A stretch of 64,000 bases of DNA from Phycisphaerales bacterium (GTDB lineage: Bacteria; Planctomycetota; Phycisphaerae; Phycisphaerales; UBA1924), in contig JBILUL010000007.1 in assembly GCA_044371005.1 (NCBI GenBank), forward strand, positions 494-64,493, written 5' to 3'. The translations under genes were made by a program, and so were the position numbers. The notes under the pieces were generated by a model that searched no databases, was not told the DNA's origin, and was given only the letters and a program-made list of their open reading frames with translations. Below, piece after piece: positions 19,201-27,909 of this stretch. Positions within the stretch are counted from its first letter, which is position 1. Each line of letters starts with the position of its first letter.

Positions 19201-19552
19201 CACTGGTCTGCTCGAACTGGGCGATGTAGCCCGAGAAAAAGCGGATGGACCCGTCCGGAGCATTCAGCCGAATCGCCACCTTCTGCCCAAGTACCTTCAA
19301 TGGATCGATGGAGTGGTTCTCGCTGCGGAGCTTCGCGACACACTCAAAGGGCCTGCCCAGCTCTTCGGTCCAGGTGAAACTCCGCAGCAGGAGCGCATCA
19401 GCTTCCTGTCCGCCCACCGAGATGGCGATGGGCCGGTCCGACTGCGTCCAGACGCCGGCGTCGGATGCAGTCGTCCGGGGTGTCTCGCTGCGAGCCGAGG
19501 ATTTGCCCGACTGACCCGCTGCCGCCGACTTGCCCTTGTTCTTGCCCTGCAT
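16238..19552 (-). CDS. vgrG: VgrG spike protein with long non-canonical C-terminal extension
   Basis: ATG at 19552 is preceded by GAGGAG. The gp27/gp5-like core is visible ([18 protein letters not shown].., [71 protein letters not shown], then a beta-helix repeat region). After it come poly-Gly, an ~80-aa helical segment and a ~250-aa Ser/Gly tail. Confidence 0.9.
   Translation of the reverse strand: [1104 protein letters not shown]
16270..16900 (-). repeat. Low-complexity Ser/Gly(/Asn/Asp) coding region forming the VgrG C-terminal tail
   Basis: The minus strand reads ..[50 protein letters not shown]... Open shadow ORFs in other frames on both strands (PELLPE, RRARR repeats) reflect the repetitive nucleotide content. 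Confidence 0.85.
17131..17220 (-). repeat. Simple-sequence repeat (CTCCGC-type) encoding a ~24-residue poly-Gly / Gly-Ser run inside vgrG
   Basis: ctcctccgcctccgcctccgcctccgcctccgccgccccctcctccgcccccgccgccaccgcc translates on the minus strand as [34 protein letters not shown]. Confidence 0.9.
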
Positions 19553-19686
19553 CTTCACGCTCCTCAATTCAGCCCGATCCCCGGGACCACACGATGAAAT
19601 CCGAAACACCCGCCAAGCACGATGGGACTGGACAAGACTGGCATGCCATCACACGCCGCGATTCGCTCGTCCGAATTCCAAGCCGC

Positions 19687-20256
19687 TCACGAGTCAGCGC
19701 CCTTGAGCCGCACCGCCAGCCACGCCCTGGCACGATTCCAGTCCGATTCAACCGTTCGCAGCGATACACCAAGACACGCCGCAATCTGTTCGTGGGTGTA
19801 TCCGGCGAAGAACTTCATTCCCACCACCTCGGCATGCCGCGGATTGAGCTTGGCCAGTTCATCCATCGCTGCCGAAATCGCTTCGCAGTCCGCCTCATCT
19901 CGCCCGATCGCCGCGTCCGCCTGTTCGATTGGAATGCGGCTGAGCAACCCGCCGCGTTTTCCCGACTTGCGGGCCCGCGCGTGATCCACCAACGCATGAC
20001 GCAGCACCTGCGCGGCACGCCGGAAGAAATGCTCGCGATTCACCGCGACCTCACCCGAGGCCGAAATCCGCAGATATGCCTCATGCACCAGCGCCGTGCC
20101 CTGCAGCGTGTGCCCCGCGGCCTCCCGCTTGAGGAGGAATCGGGCAACGCGGCACAGCTCGTCGTATTCGGACCGCCACGAATCGCCTTCGGACGGCTCC
20201 ACCATCGGTGATCCACGATCCTCGTTCATCACGGCTGCTTCCCTCGGCAATTCCAT
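19687..20256 (-). CDS. ECF-type sigma-70 factor (TIGR02999-like, kinase-associated group)
   Basis: YDELCRVARFLLKREAAGHTLQGTALVHEAYLRI (region 2) and LNPRHAEVVGMKFFAGYTHEQIAACLGVSLRTVESDWNRARAWL (region 4 HTH). The start is uncertain (ATG at 20256 or 20229; the ORF extends to 20460). Confidence 0.85.
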   Translation of the reverse strand: MELPREAAVMNEDRGSPMVEPSEGDSWRSEYDELCRVARFLLKREAAGHTLQGTALVHEAYLRISASGEVAVNREHFFRRAAQVLRHALVDHARARKSGKRGGLLSRIPIEQADAAIGRDEADCEAISAAMDELAKLNPRHAEVVGMKFFAGYTHEQIAACLGVSLRTVESDWNRARAWLAVRLKGADS

Positions 20257-20437
20257 CAAGACCCGCTGCCCGCATCCCTTATGCGCCGCGGCGAACACAT
20301 CCAGACCGCCCGCGAGGGCAGGCCCCGGGGACTGATCGTATTCTCGCCTGCTCCCCCGAAACCACCCTGGTCCCGCTGATTCACGGGTACGCGAGCGATC
20401 CGGCGAGGCGCCGTGCCGCCCATCGTGACGCTCCAGA

Positions 20438-22492
20438 CTAGATGCGAGCCTTCGCGGCACTCAGAATCCCGCGAACTTCCGCATTGAGCGAGTGTTCCGC
20501 AAGCAGGATCGCCCGGATCCGTCGCATGACATCACCGAACAACTCAAGCGATTCATCGAACACGGTGTGCAGAGACTGATCACCGATGCTGCCAAGGTCC
20601 GCGTACGCGCTGTACGGGCCGCGATCCGGGAACATTCTCGCGATGGCGGCCAGAACCCTGTACCACAGATCCGCAGGAATCACACTTGCCAGCGATCCTT
20701 CCGATGCCACCGCCGGATCAAAGCACTGTTGCGGGCCCAGCTTGGTCGCCCAGTTCTGCTTGCCCGAACCGAACTGCCCGGCGATGCTCTGTACAAGCGA
20801 GTCAATGAGCGGCTTGGCCGGGTCTGGCCTGCCCAGCGTGTTCACGAGATCAAAGAAATCCCGCCTGACCGCCGGCAGATTCGAAGAGGTCCCGCACAGC
20901 AAGGTCCGCAGCGCCAGAACTCCGAGGCTGTGGAGATCAAACGGGGTCTTCCTGAACGCAATCGTTTCAAAGGAAACGTTTCCGATCTCCTCGCCGACGC
21001 CGACCATGACCTGCAGTGCCTGCTCATGAAGCCGCTGCGCAAACGTGCGAACCGCAATCGACGGTCTGGATTGCGTCAGATCCGCGGGACTGATCACGCT
21101 TCCGAAGAGCTCCACCGGCTGCCGACGCACCGTGCAGTCAATCCTGACCAGATCATTGATCCGAACCAGTGGCGGGTTGTCCGGGTACAACGCCAGTTCG
21201 AACGAGTGCTCCACGCCCCCGCCATCAGCCGCACGCAGCTCCGAACGCTTGAGCACAGAGAGCCTTCCCCGAGCTCTCGAGCCGGCACCCGAGACGTCCG
21301 GGCTGTATGCCGCGGCATCCATGTCCATGTCACCCGCCCCAAGCTCATCGATGGGCGCGAAGAAGGGCTGGCTTGTCGCGCGAATCGGAAGCCGAACCCC
21401 CTTCCCCGGACGGGTCAGGATCGTTCGGGAAGTCCAGAGCGGCGGAAGATCCGGGTCATGGCCGCCCGTCATCACGCTGAAGCTCGAAAGCCCCAGATTG
21501 AACATCGGTGACTGCGCCACCGTCACGAAATCCCGGACCGCCGCGATCGCACCGGTCAGCAATCGAAGCTTGAGGTACAGCACCTCAAGGATCTGGCCAA
21601 AACGTGAGGTATCCGCCGAAAGCAACCACCGTCGCGAGCCGATCCGGTCAAAGTCCGCCAGGTACGAGGCGACCTGCGTGGCATCGTCCGATGTTTCGAG
21701 CGTCTGACGCGACCGCCCGGGGAGCTTGGACAGCAGATCGACCATGGTCTCGTAGCCATGTGGCACAAGCTTGCGGACCATCAGACGCCCCGCACCGGGA
21801 TTGAGCGGGATCTGGTCGCTGCCCAACGACAGATGCGGTGCTTCGCGGCGGATCTGCTCCACCACGTGTTCATCCGAGTGCTCGAGACAGACAGGCCAGA
21901 ACGCCGGATCGCCCTCTGCGGCCGGCGTCCCCAGAACCAGATGACGCTCAATTGAACTCGAATACTTCATCCGCCCGGTTCGATGCAGCAACTCATCGTC
22001 ACGACACAGGGTCCAGGCGCGGCCCTTTGCATCCGCTGCCGGCCTGAGCGTGAAGGTGTTTCGGTCAAGATAGGTGGGGGCGGGATTGTGTGTCTCAAAG
22101 CCGGTCCGAATCACCGGAGCCCCTGAGCATCGCTCCATCGCCTCAACCATCAGTTCCCAGCGCCGGTCCAGGAGAGGATTATTCAGATTCTCGAGATAGC
22201 GAGGTATCTGCCAGTTGAGCCGGCTCAGATCCTGGATCCAGATCTCAAGCCAATCGAGCACCTTGCCCGAGATGTCCGTGATGCAGCCCAGATACACCCT
22301 GGCGTCAAGCTCCGTGCGCAGCGAGACCAGCGGCGAGCGGGCGGCGGACATCCCCATCCCGCCTTCCGACAGCGTCGCCACGCAGATCTGCAGTGGCCCC
22401 TGTGCCGCAAAGAGCGGCACCGCCCGAAAGATCGACTCTGGAAACCGGAACGGCAATCCCCGGTGTAGCAATGTTGCAAGGTCGGCCCGCAC
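20438..22492 (-). CDS. Hypothetical 684-aa protein between the kinase and the ECF sigma; possible degenerate kinase-like C-terminal part
   Basis: Long ORF with a GTG start at 22492, on the same strand as its neighbours. The segment FRKTPFDLHSLGVLALRTLLCG resembles a kinase C-lobe, but no catalytic motifs are seen. The function is unknown. Confidence 0.55.
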   Translation of the reverse strand: MRADLATLLHRGLPFRFPESIFRAVPLFAAQGPLQICVATLSEGGMGMSAARSPLVSLRTELDARVYLGCITDISGKVLDWLEIWIQDLSRLNWQIPRYLENLNNPLLDRRWELMVEAMERCSGAPVIRTGFETHNPAPTYLDRNTFTLRPAADAKGRAWTLCRDDELLHRTGRMKYSSSIERHLVLGTPAAEGDPAFWPVCLEHSDEHVVEQIRREAPHLSLGSDQIPLNPGAGRLMVRKLVPHGYETMVDLLSKLPGRSRQTLETSDDATQVASYLADFDRIGSRRWLLSADTSRFGQILEVLYLKLRLLTGAIAAVRDFVTVAQSPMFNLGLSSFSVMTGGHDPDLPPLWTSRTILTRPGKGVRLPIRATSQPFFAPIDELGAGDMDMDAAAYSPDVSGAGSRARGRLSVLKRSELRAADGGGVEHSFELALYPDNPPLVRINDLVRIDCTVRRQPVELFGSVISPADLTQSRPSIAVRTFAQRLHEQALQVMVGVGEEIGNVSFETIAFRKTPFDLHSLGVLALRTLLCGTSSNLPAVRRDFFDLVNTLGRPDPAKPLIDSLVQSIAGQFGSGKQNWATKLGPQQCFDPAVASEGSLASVIPADLWYRVLAAIARMFPDRGPYSAYADLGSIGDQSLHTVFDESLELFGDVMRRIRAILLAEHSLNAEVRGILSAAKARI

Positions 22493-22650
22493 GTGTCACT
22501 CCAGAAGTGTCCCGATGGTCAGAACCGACCCCGGTCCATGAGCCCCCTTCCAGTCTCACGGAAGGCAATCACCCGCCAATCATCGCCACCGCGCAGCGGC
22601 TCGGGGCGATCCCGAGGGGGCCGATTCTATGCGCACGCCCGTGTTGGCTG

Positions 22651-25600
22651 CTACCTGTCAAGCATCCGTTCGCAGCGGGCCAGCAACGCCTCAAGTTGCT
22701 GTCTGGTTCGGGGGTTGGTCACCCTCTCCGCACTGATCCTGGCATCAGCGGCCAGTTGGCGTGCACCCGGTCGGTGAAGCCCGGCCTGCGCCATCGCCAG
22801 AAAGACCCTGTTGAACGTCCTTCCAAGTTCGGTCGGTTCAGGGCGTGCAGAAGCGGTCGCCGTATTCAAGACACCCTCCGCCTCCGCGTACCGCCCCATC
22901 TGCACGCTCAGCGCCGCGTACGCAAACGCAATCCGTGACAGCGAGGCACGCCCTGTTGGTGATCGCGCCGCGCTCCACGCCCTGTAGAGCAGGCTCGCCG
23001 CGGCCAGATCCCGAGGCGTTCCCGTCCATGTCACGGCAATCTCGCACAGGTGCGCATCCAGACGCTGCTCAGGTCGCACCGACAAGTCATCATCCTGCAC
23101 CAGCAGCGCAGCCGCAATCCCCCGAGTGATCCCGTCCTCTCCTCCGATCGGATCCGCCAGATACCGCACCGCCGCCGCGACCACTCCGGCCGCGTTTGCC
23201 TCTTCCGGTCGGCGGAGCCCATCCGATTCCGACGCCCACGTCAGTGCCCTGAACGCACACTCCACGCTGCGACTCAGGATCTGCGGGGACCACACCGGCA
23301 CGTCACCCGGCACGCGCCGCACCGCCGATGGGACCGGTGCAGGTCCCTTGATTTCGCCATCCGGCCACCACCAAAGTTCCGCCCGCGGACCGCTCGTCGC
23401 ATACACAAGGGCGCTGCGTCCTGCCTGTCGCACACAGCGGACCTTGCCCTGATCACTGCTCGGGCCCGCAAGAAGCGAAACGATCGGCGAGTAGCTTTCG
23501 CTGAGCCACATATCGGGTTGAGGACACAGCAGCCGGACCGTGCCCGAACGACTTGCTCCGGCCAGTCGCCCAGAACCTGGCATGAAGGCGATGGACAGCA
23601 GACCAGCCAGATCATTGAAACGCCCACTGGGCCGGGCCTCCAGCCGTGCCCCCGGTTGCACACCCTCCACATCCCAAAGTGATATCCACCCATCGACCGA
23701 TGCGACCGCCACCCTCGAACCATCATCACTGATCGCCAGGCTCCCCTCCCGAAGGTCGTGTGGCTGGTGGAACCTCAATTGGTGGCTTACTTTGCGATCC
23801 GCGCCCCACAGCGAGAGCGTCCCATCAGCCCACAGTGCCGCCACCAAACATCCAGCCGCATCTGCCTTGATGCTCGCGATCCGACCTGTGCCCGAAGCGG
23901 GCGAAACCTCGCGGTGGCTCCCGTCGGAAATCGACAGAATGCCGATCGACCCGCCGGGCGTGCTGTAAATCACCTCGCGGCGATGCGCCAGCATGAGAAT
24001 CTGACAACCGGCAGGATCGCCCTCGCCGATGAAGTGCTCTGCCACCACCGTCAAAGCCCCCAGATCAATCACCAGAATCCGCCCGTGCTCCATCAGAACG
24101 GCTGCATGGCTTCCGTTGGCCTCACTCGACACTGAAACAGCAACCGCCCGCGAGGGCAGTGGAATGCGTGCCCAGGGCGAGGACATGCCCGTGCCGACGA
24201 CCGCGAGGAAGTCCACCCCCGCACCGCCCGGCACCACAAAAGCCATCACATCATCCCGGGCGTCCCAGCACCGCCAGCCCCGAGGATCGATGTACGTGGA
24301 TCGAGGCGCATTCCCAATGGGCACCATCGCGATCCGACCATCCGCCAGCTGGGCATAGCAGCGGCCCGCCGCCGACACCACAAGACTGGTCGCACCCGAA
24401 AGGTCGGGGCATCGCGCCGTGGCAACGCACGATCCGAGCCCCACGTCATGCTGGCGAAGCGTCCCATCCGCGTCGAGCGCAATCAGGCTTTCTCCATCCG
24501 CGATGAACGCGGCAAGCCGCGGCACCGCCGACTGCAGATGAATCGTCGCCTGCCTCACGGTCGCCACAAATCCAGGTGTGTCCGCCGCGTCAAGCGGCTG
24601 GCGAACCTCGAGCGACTCAATCGCCAGCGAACCGTCAGCCAGCGAACGTGCGATGCGACCGGTTTGCCGCAGCCCGGCGCCCCCCGGCCCGGAGCGCACC
24701 CCCACATCCACCGTCAACCTCATGCCAAGACGGGCATCCTGAACGCTGCCAAGCTGCTGCCGGATGTCGCCCGCCGCGGCTGCCCACAACTCCGGTGCCA
24801 CGCCCGCCGAGCCCGCCGTCACGAACAGGTCCGTCCCATCAACACTTGTCAGTTCCGACACCTCTGTCCCCACGTTCCAAGACACCACTTTCTGTTCGCT
24901 CGTGCTCCAGATCTGCAGGAGCCTGCCGGAGGCCGATTCACTCAACGCCGCGACATAGGCCCCGGTCCACGAGATGGCCGCGGCGAGCACCTTGCCTGAC
25001 TGCTCGGGCAACTCCACCATCCGCGGTTCACGAACTCGCGACCACATGAGTCGTCCACCCCGCACACAGGCAATACCAGCGACGTCACCGTCCAGCCAGG
25101 CACGCTCGATCGGTTCGGGCCCCAGCGACGTTTCACGCGGCGAAGATTCCCCCGTCTGCAAGGTCCACACGCTGCCACCGGCCGTCACCCACGAAACTGC
25201 TCCACGGGAAGAAGCCAACGCAATCACCGGCGTGGCGTTCGTGTGCACGAATCGGGGTGATCCCGGTTCATCCGGCCAGATCTCGACGCGAGCACCCATG
25301 GCACAGGCGATGCCGCCGCTGCTCCCCTCAACGCTGACCATGTGAACGCCCTGCTCGGCACCCGGGCCAGGGGTCGCGACAATCTGCACGGGCACAGAGA
25401 GCTGTGCATCAAGCAGCCGATACTCGAGGGATGTCCGGTTTGACTCGGCAACCATCGCCATCGTTGCGCGCGCCTGCGATGTCCCGTCGGCATCCAGGTG
25501 CCTTGCCACTTCAGACATCCGTCCCATGTCCTGGGACTGCGCGACCATCGCCAGCCGATGGCGTGACTGTCGATCCTTGTCGATGATCCGGATGGCCGAC

Positions 25601-26961
25601 CACGCCAGAATGCCGAAGATCAGCACCGCAACCGCCGATTGCCAGCGGTGTCGTTGGGCCCACCGCAGTGCCGTTCTCATCGGGGATGCCGGCCTCGCGA
25701 GAATCGGTCGACCCTTGAGTGAGTTGCGGATGTCCTGCATGAGCTCACGCACGGAGCTGTAACGGTGGGCAGGATCGCGCTCGAGCGCTCGCAGGACGAT
25801 CCAGTCAAGGTCCCCCGTCACTGCACGCACCAGTCCACGCGGCGACGTTCTGCGGCGAGACGCGATGGTCTGCGGTGATGGTGCCACCGGATCACGAACC
25901 GATCCGTCGGTTGGTTTGACGATTCCGGCCCGCCGCGGCGATGGCTCTTCTCGACGCGACTCGTGTCCTCGATGCCAGCGGCGGAACCGGATGCTGGGTC
26001 GGGGCGGATCCTGCTGGTGAAGGTGCCTGACACCCTCGCTGAACGACATTGATTCGAGGTTGCTCCAGTCAAAGGGCCCGATGCCCACCAGGAGTTCATA
26101 CAGCACCAGACCCAGGCTGTAAACATCCGTGCGTTCATCCAGCGCCGAGGTGGTCGAGACCGCCTGCTCCGGGCTCATGTACTGAGGCGTTCCGACCACC
26201 TTGCCGTGCACGGTCACCGCCTGGGATTCATCCCACGGGCGGTTATGGAGCGCCTTTGAAATGCCAAAGTCGATCACCTTGACTGTCTGAGTGTCATCCA
26301 CCCGCGAGACCAGAATGTTGGTGGGTTTGAGATCCCGATGCACAATCCGTTTGGTATGGGCGTGATGCACCGCATCGCAGACCTGCAGGAACAGCAGCAG
26401 TCGCGACTTGACCGACAATCGCTGCGCATCCGCGTGCGTCGTGATCGGCACGCCGGGCACGTACTCCATCACGATGTACGGATAGCCCTCCTGCGTGCGT
26501 CCGGAATCGAAGATCCCGGCGATGTTGGGGTGCCCCATCATCGAGAGCGCAATGCGCTCGGAGTTGAAGCGGCGGACGAACTCGCGAGAGTCCATTCCCG
26601 GCTTGAGCACCTTGATCGCAAACTGCCGCTCCACTGGTTCGGCCTGGCGTGCCAGATACACATCCGCCAGGCCTCCCTCACCGATCTTGCGAATCAGCGT
26701 GTAGCGGGATGGAATTGTCGGGAACGTGTCGGGTCGGTTCGCCCCGTCGGTCATGATGGAAAGTGGATCGTCCGTCACCGGGGAATCGATCCGCAGCTGA
26801 CCGCCCGCCGCGGCGAGCATGGCAGCCACTTCGGCGCGCAGCGAAGAGTCCGGCTCATTGGCCTCCAGAAACGCCATGCGCGCCTCCGGCGGCATCGCCG
26901 ACGCTCGGTCGTAGAGGTCGCACAGACGTTCGTACCGATCTTGCTGCTGTTGTGGTTCCAT
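22651..26961 (-). CDS. Receptor-type Ser/Thr protein kinase (N-terminal Hanks kinase, one TM helix, beta-propeller-like and TPR-like C-terminal region)
   Basis: ATG at 26961 (MEPQQQQDRYERL). Kinase motifs: IGEGGLADVYLA, AIKVLK, IVHRDLKPTNILV, KVIDFGISK, GTPQYMSPEQ. TM helix: SAVAVLIFGILAWSAIRII. The remainder is a ~900-aa repeat-like region. Confidence 0.9.
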   Translation of the reverse strand: MEPQQQQDRYERLCDLYDRASAMPPEARMAFLEANEPDSSLRAEVAAMLAAAGGQLRIDSPVTDDPLSIMTDGANRPDTFPTIPSRYTLIRKIGEGGLADVYLARQAEPVERQFAIKVLKPGMDSREFVRRFNSERIALSMMGHPNIAGIFDSGRTQEGYPYIVMEYVPGVPITTHADAQRLSVKSRLLLFLQVCDAVHHAHTKRIVHRDLKPTNILVSRVDDTQTVKVIDFGISKALHNRPWDESQAVTVHGKVVGTPQYMSPEQAVSTTSALDERTDVYSLGLVLYELLVGIGPFDWSNLESMSFSEGVRHLHQQDPPRPSIRFRRWHRGHESRREEPSPRRAGIVKPTDGSVRDPVAPSPQTIASRRRTSPRGLVRAVTGDLDWIVLRALERDPAHRYSSVRELMQDIRNSLKGRPILARPASPMRTALRWAQRHRWQSAVAVLIFGILAWSAIRIIDKDRQSRHRLAMVAQSQDMGRMSEVARHLDADGTSQARATMAMVAESNRTSLEYRLLDAQLSVPVQIVATPGPGAEQGVHMVSVEGSSGGIACAMGARVEIWPDEPGSPRFVHTNATPVIALASSRGAVSWVTAGGSVWTLQTGESSPRETSLGPEPIERAWLDGDVAGIACVRGGRLMWSRVREPRMVELPEQSGKVLAAAISWTGAYVAALSESASGRLLQIWSTSEQKVVSWNVGTEVSELTSVDGTDLFVTAGSAGVAPELWAAAAGDIRQQLGSVQDARLGMRLTVDVGVRSGPGGAGLRQTGRIARSLADGSLAIESLEVRQPLDAADTPGFVATVRQATIHLQSAVPRLAAFIADGESLIALDADGTLRQHDVGLGSCVATARCPDLSGATSLVVSAAGRCYAQLADGRIAMVPIGNAPRSTYIDPRGWRCWDARDDVMAFVVPGGAGVDFLAVVGTGMSSPWARIPLPSRAVAVSVSSEANGSHAAVLMEHGRILVIDLGALTVVAEHFIGEGDPAGCQILMLAHRREVIYSTPGGSIGILSISDGSHREVSPASGTGRIASIKADAAGCLVAALWADGTLSLWGADRKVSHQLRFHQPHDLREGSLAISDDGSRVAVASVDGWISLWDVEGVQPGARLEARPSGRFNDLAGLLSIAFMPGSGRLAGASRSGTVRLLCPQPDMWLSESYSPIVSLLAGPSSDQGKVRCVRQAGRSALVYATSGPRAELWWWPDGEIKGPAPVPSAVRRVPGDVPVWSPQILSRSVECAFRALTWASESDGLRRPEEANAAGVVAAAVRYLADPIGGEDGITRGIAAALLVQDDDLSVRPEQRLDAHLCEIAVTWTGTPRDLAAASLLYRAWSAARSPTGRASLSRIAFAYAALSVQMGRYAEAEGVLNTATASARPEPTELGRTFNRVFLAMAQAGLHRPGARQLAADARISAERVTNPRTRQQLEALLARCERMLDR

Positions 26962-27301
26962 GATCCCCGCGACGTGTCGCCTGCTCGCCAACCCACACCG
27001 TGCACTGGCGCGTGGCATCAGCAGCGAAGCGTACCAACCTTCTGGATGCGACCGCCACAGTAGCTGCTTGCGTTGGATTGAGAAGCCTCGCAAAGAAACC
27101 CATCGCGTGAACCGGATGCGCGACGGGCGATGTTTGATTGGTCTTTGTTTGGATTTCTTGCGAGGAGCGATGCTCGGGCTGCGCCCCATGAGAATGGCAC
27201 GGGCCTACGCTCTCGATCAAATTCTGACACCCTCTCAGGTATCAGGCGATCGAATGGTTCATCGCGGGGTGTGCGGTCGGAATGCTCAAGTGAGGTTTGG
27301 A

Positions 27302-27835
27302 ATGCGAATCAATCAGATGGTCATGGGTGCTGTCCTGGTTTCAGCACTGCTGGGCACGGGCTGCTGCACGAGCAACCCGGAGCCCAAGAAGGTCATGGCA
27401 GCGAAACTTGGCGGCAACTTCGCGCTTGCGGATGCTCCGGTTCCGCTGATCAAGGTCGACCTTGTCGGCATCCCCACCCAGGATCAGGAGACGATTCGCA
27501 TCATCTCGAACTCGGATGTGACCGCCTGGTTCTCCAGAACCGACCCGCGGTTCCTCGCCAACGAAGCCCGCATGATCAAGGGCGAGGTCAAGTACTTCGA
27601 TTCGACCCACCGGGGCGAGTTGGTCTACACCGATCAGGAACTCAAGGCAGCCTTCAAGACCGAAAAGCTCGATTCGATCACCATCATCGCCATTGCAGAC
27701 CTTCAGGGATTCACCTCAGTTCCCGGTCGCGATCCTCGCCTTGCCGTCAAATCTCTGGGGGGCGTGAAACTCTCGAGTGGCAACCTCTCCATCGTGGTGT
27801 CTCCCGACGGCGTCCGGATCAGTGAGTCCCGCTGA
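27302..27835 (+). CDS. Small lipoprotein (177 aa)
   Basis: ATG at 27302 follows GAGG. MRINQMVMGAVLVSALLGTGC is a signal peptide with a lipobox. The gene is divergent from the kinase gene and immediately upstream of the 1383-aa gene. Confidence 0.65.
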   Translation: MRINQMVMGAVLVSALLGTGCCTSNPEPKKVMAAKLGGNFALADAPVPLIKVDLVGIPTQDQETIRIISNSDVTAWFSRTDPRFLANEARMIKGEVKYFDSTHRGELVYTDQELKAAFKTEKLDSITIIAIADLQGFTSVPGRDPRLAVKSLGGVKLSSGNLSIVVSPDGVRISESR

Positions 27836-27909
27836 GCCCGAGTCCGCGGCCCAGAACACCTCGTTTCCGCGAGGTCGGCCTGAAACCCCTCCCGGTTCAT
27901 TGATCTGGC

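Noticed and set aside
27302-27835. Calling the 177-aa lipoprotein TssJ
   Set aside because: Only the size and lipobox fit. I could not see convincing TssJ sequence motifs, and the gene is not adjacent to tssK/L/M. It is left as a generic lipoprotein and mentioned as a candidate only.
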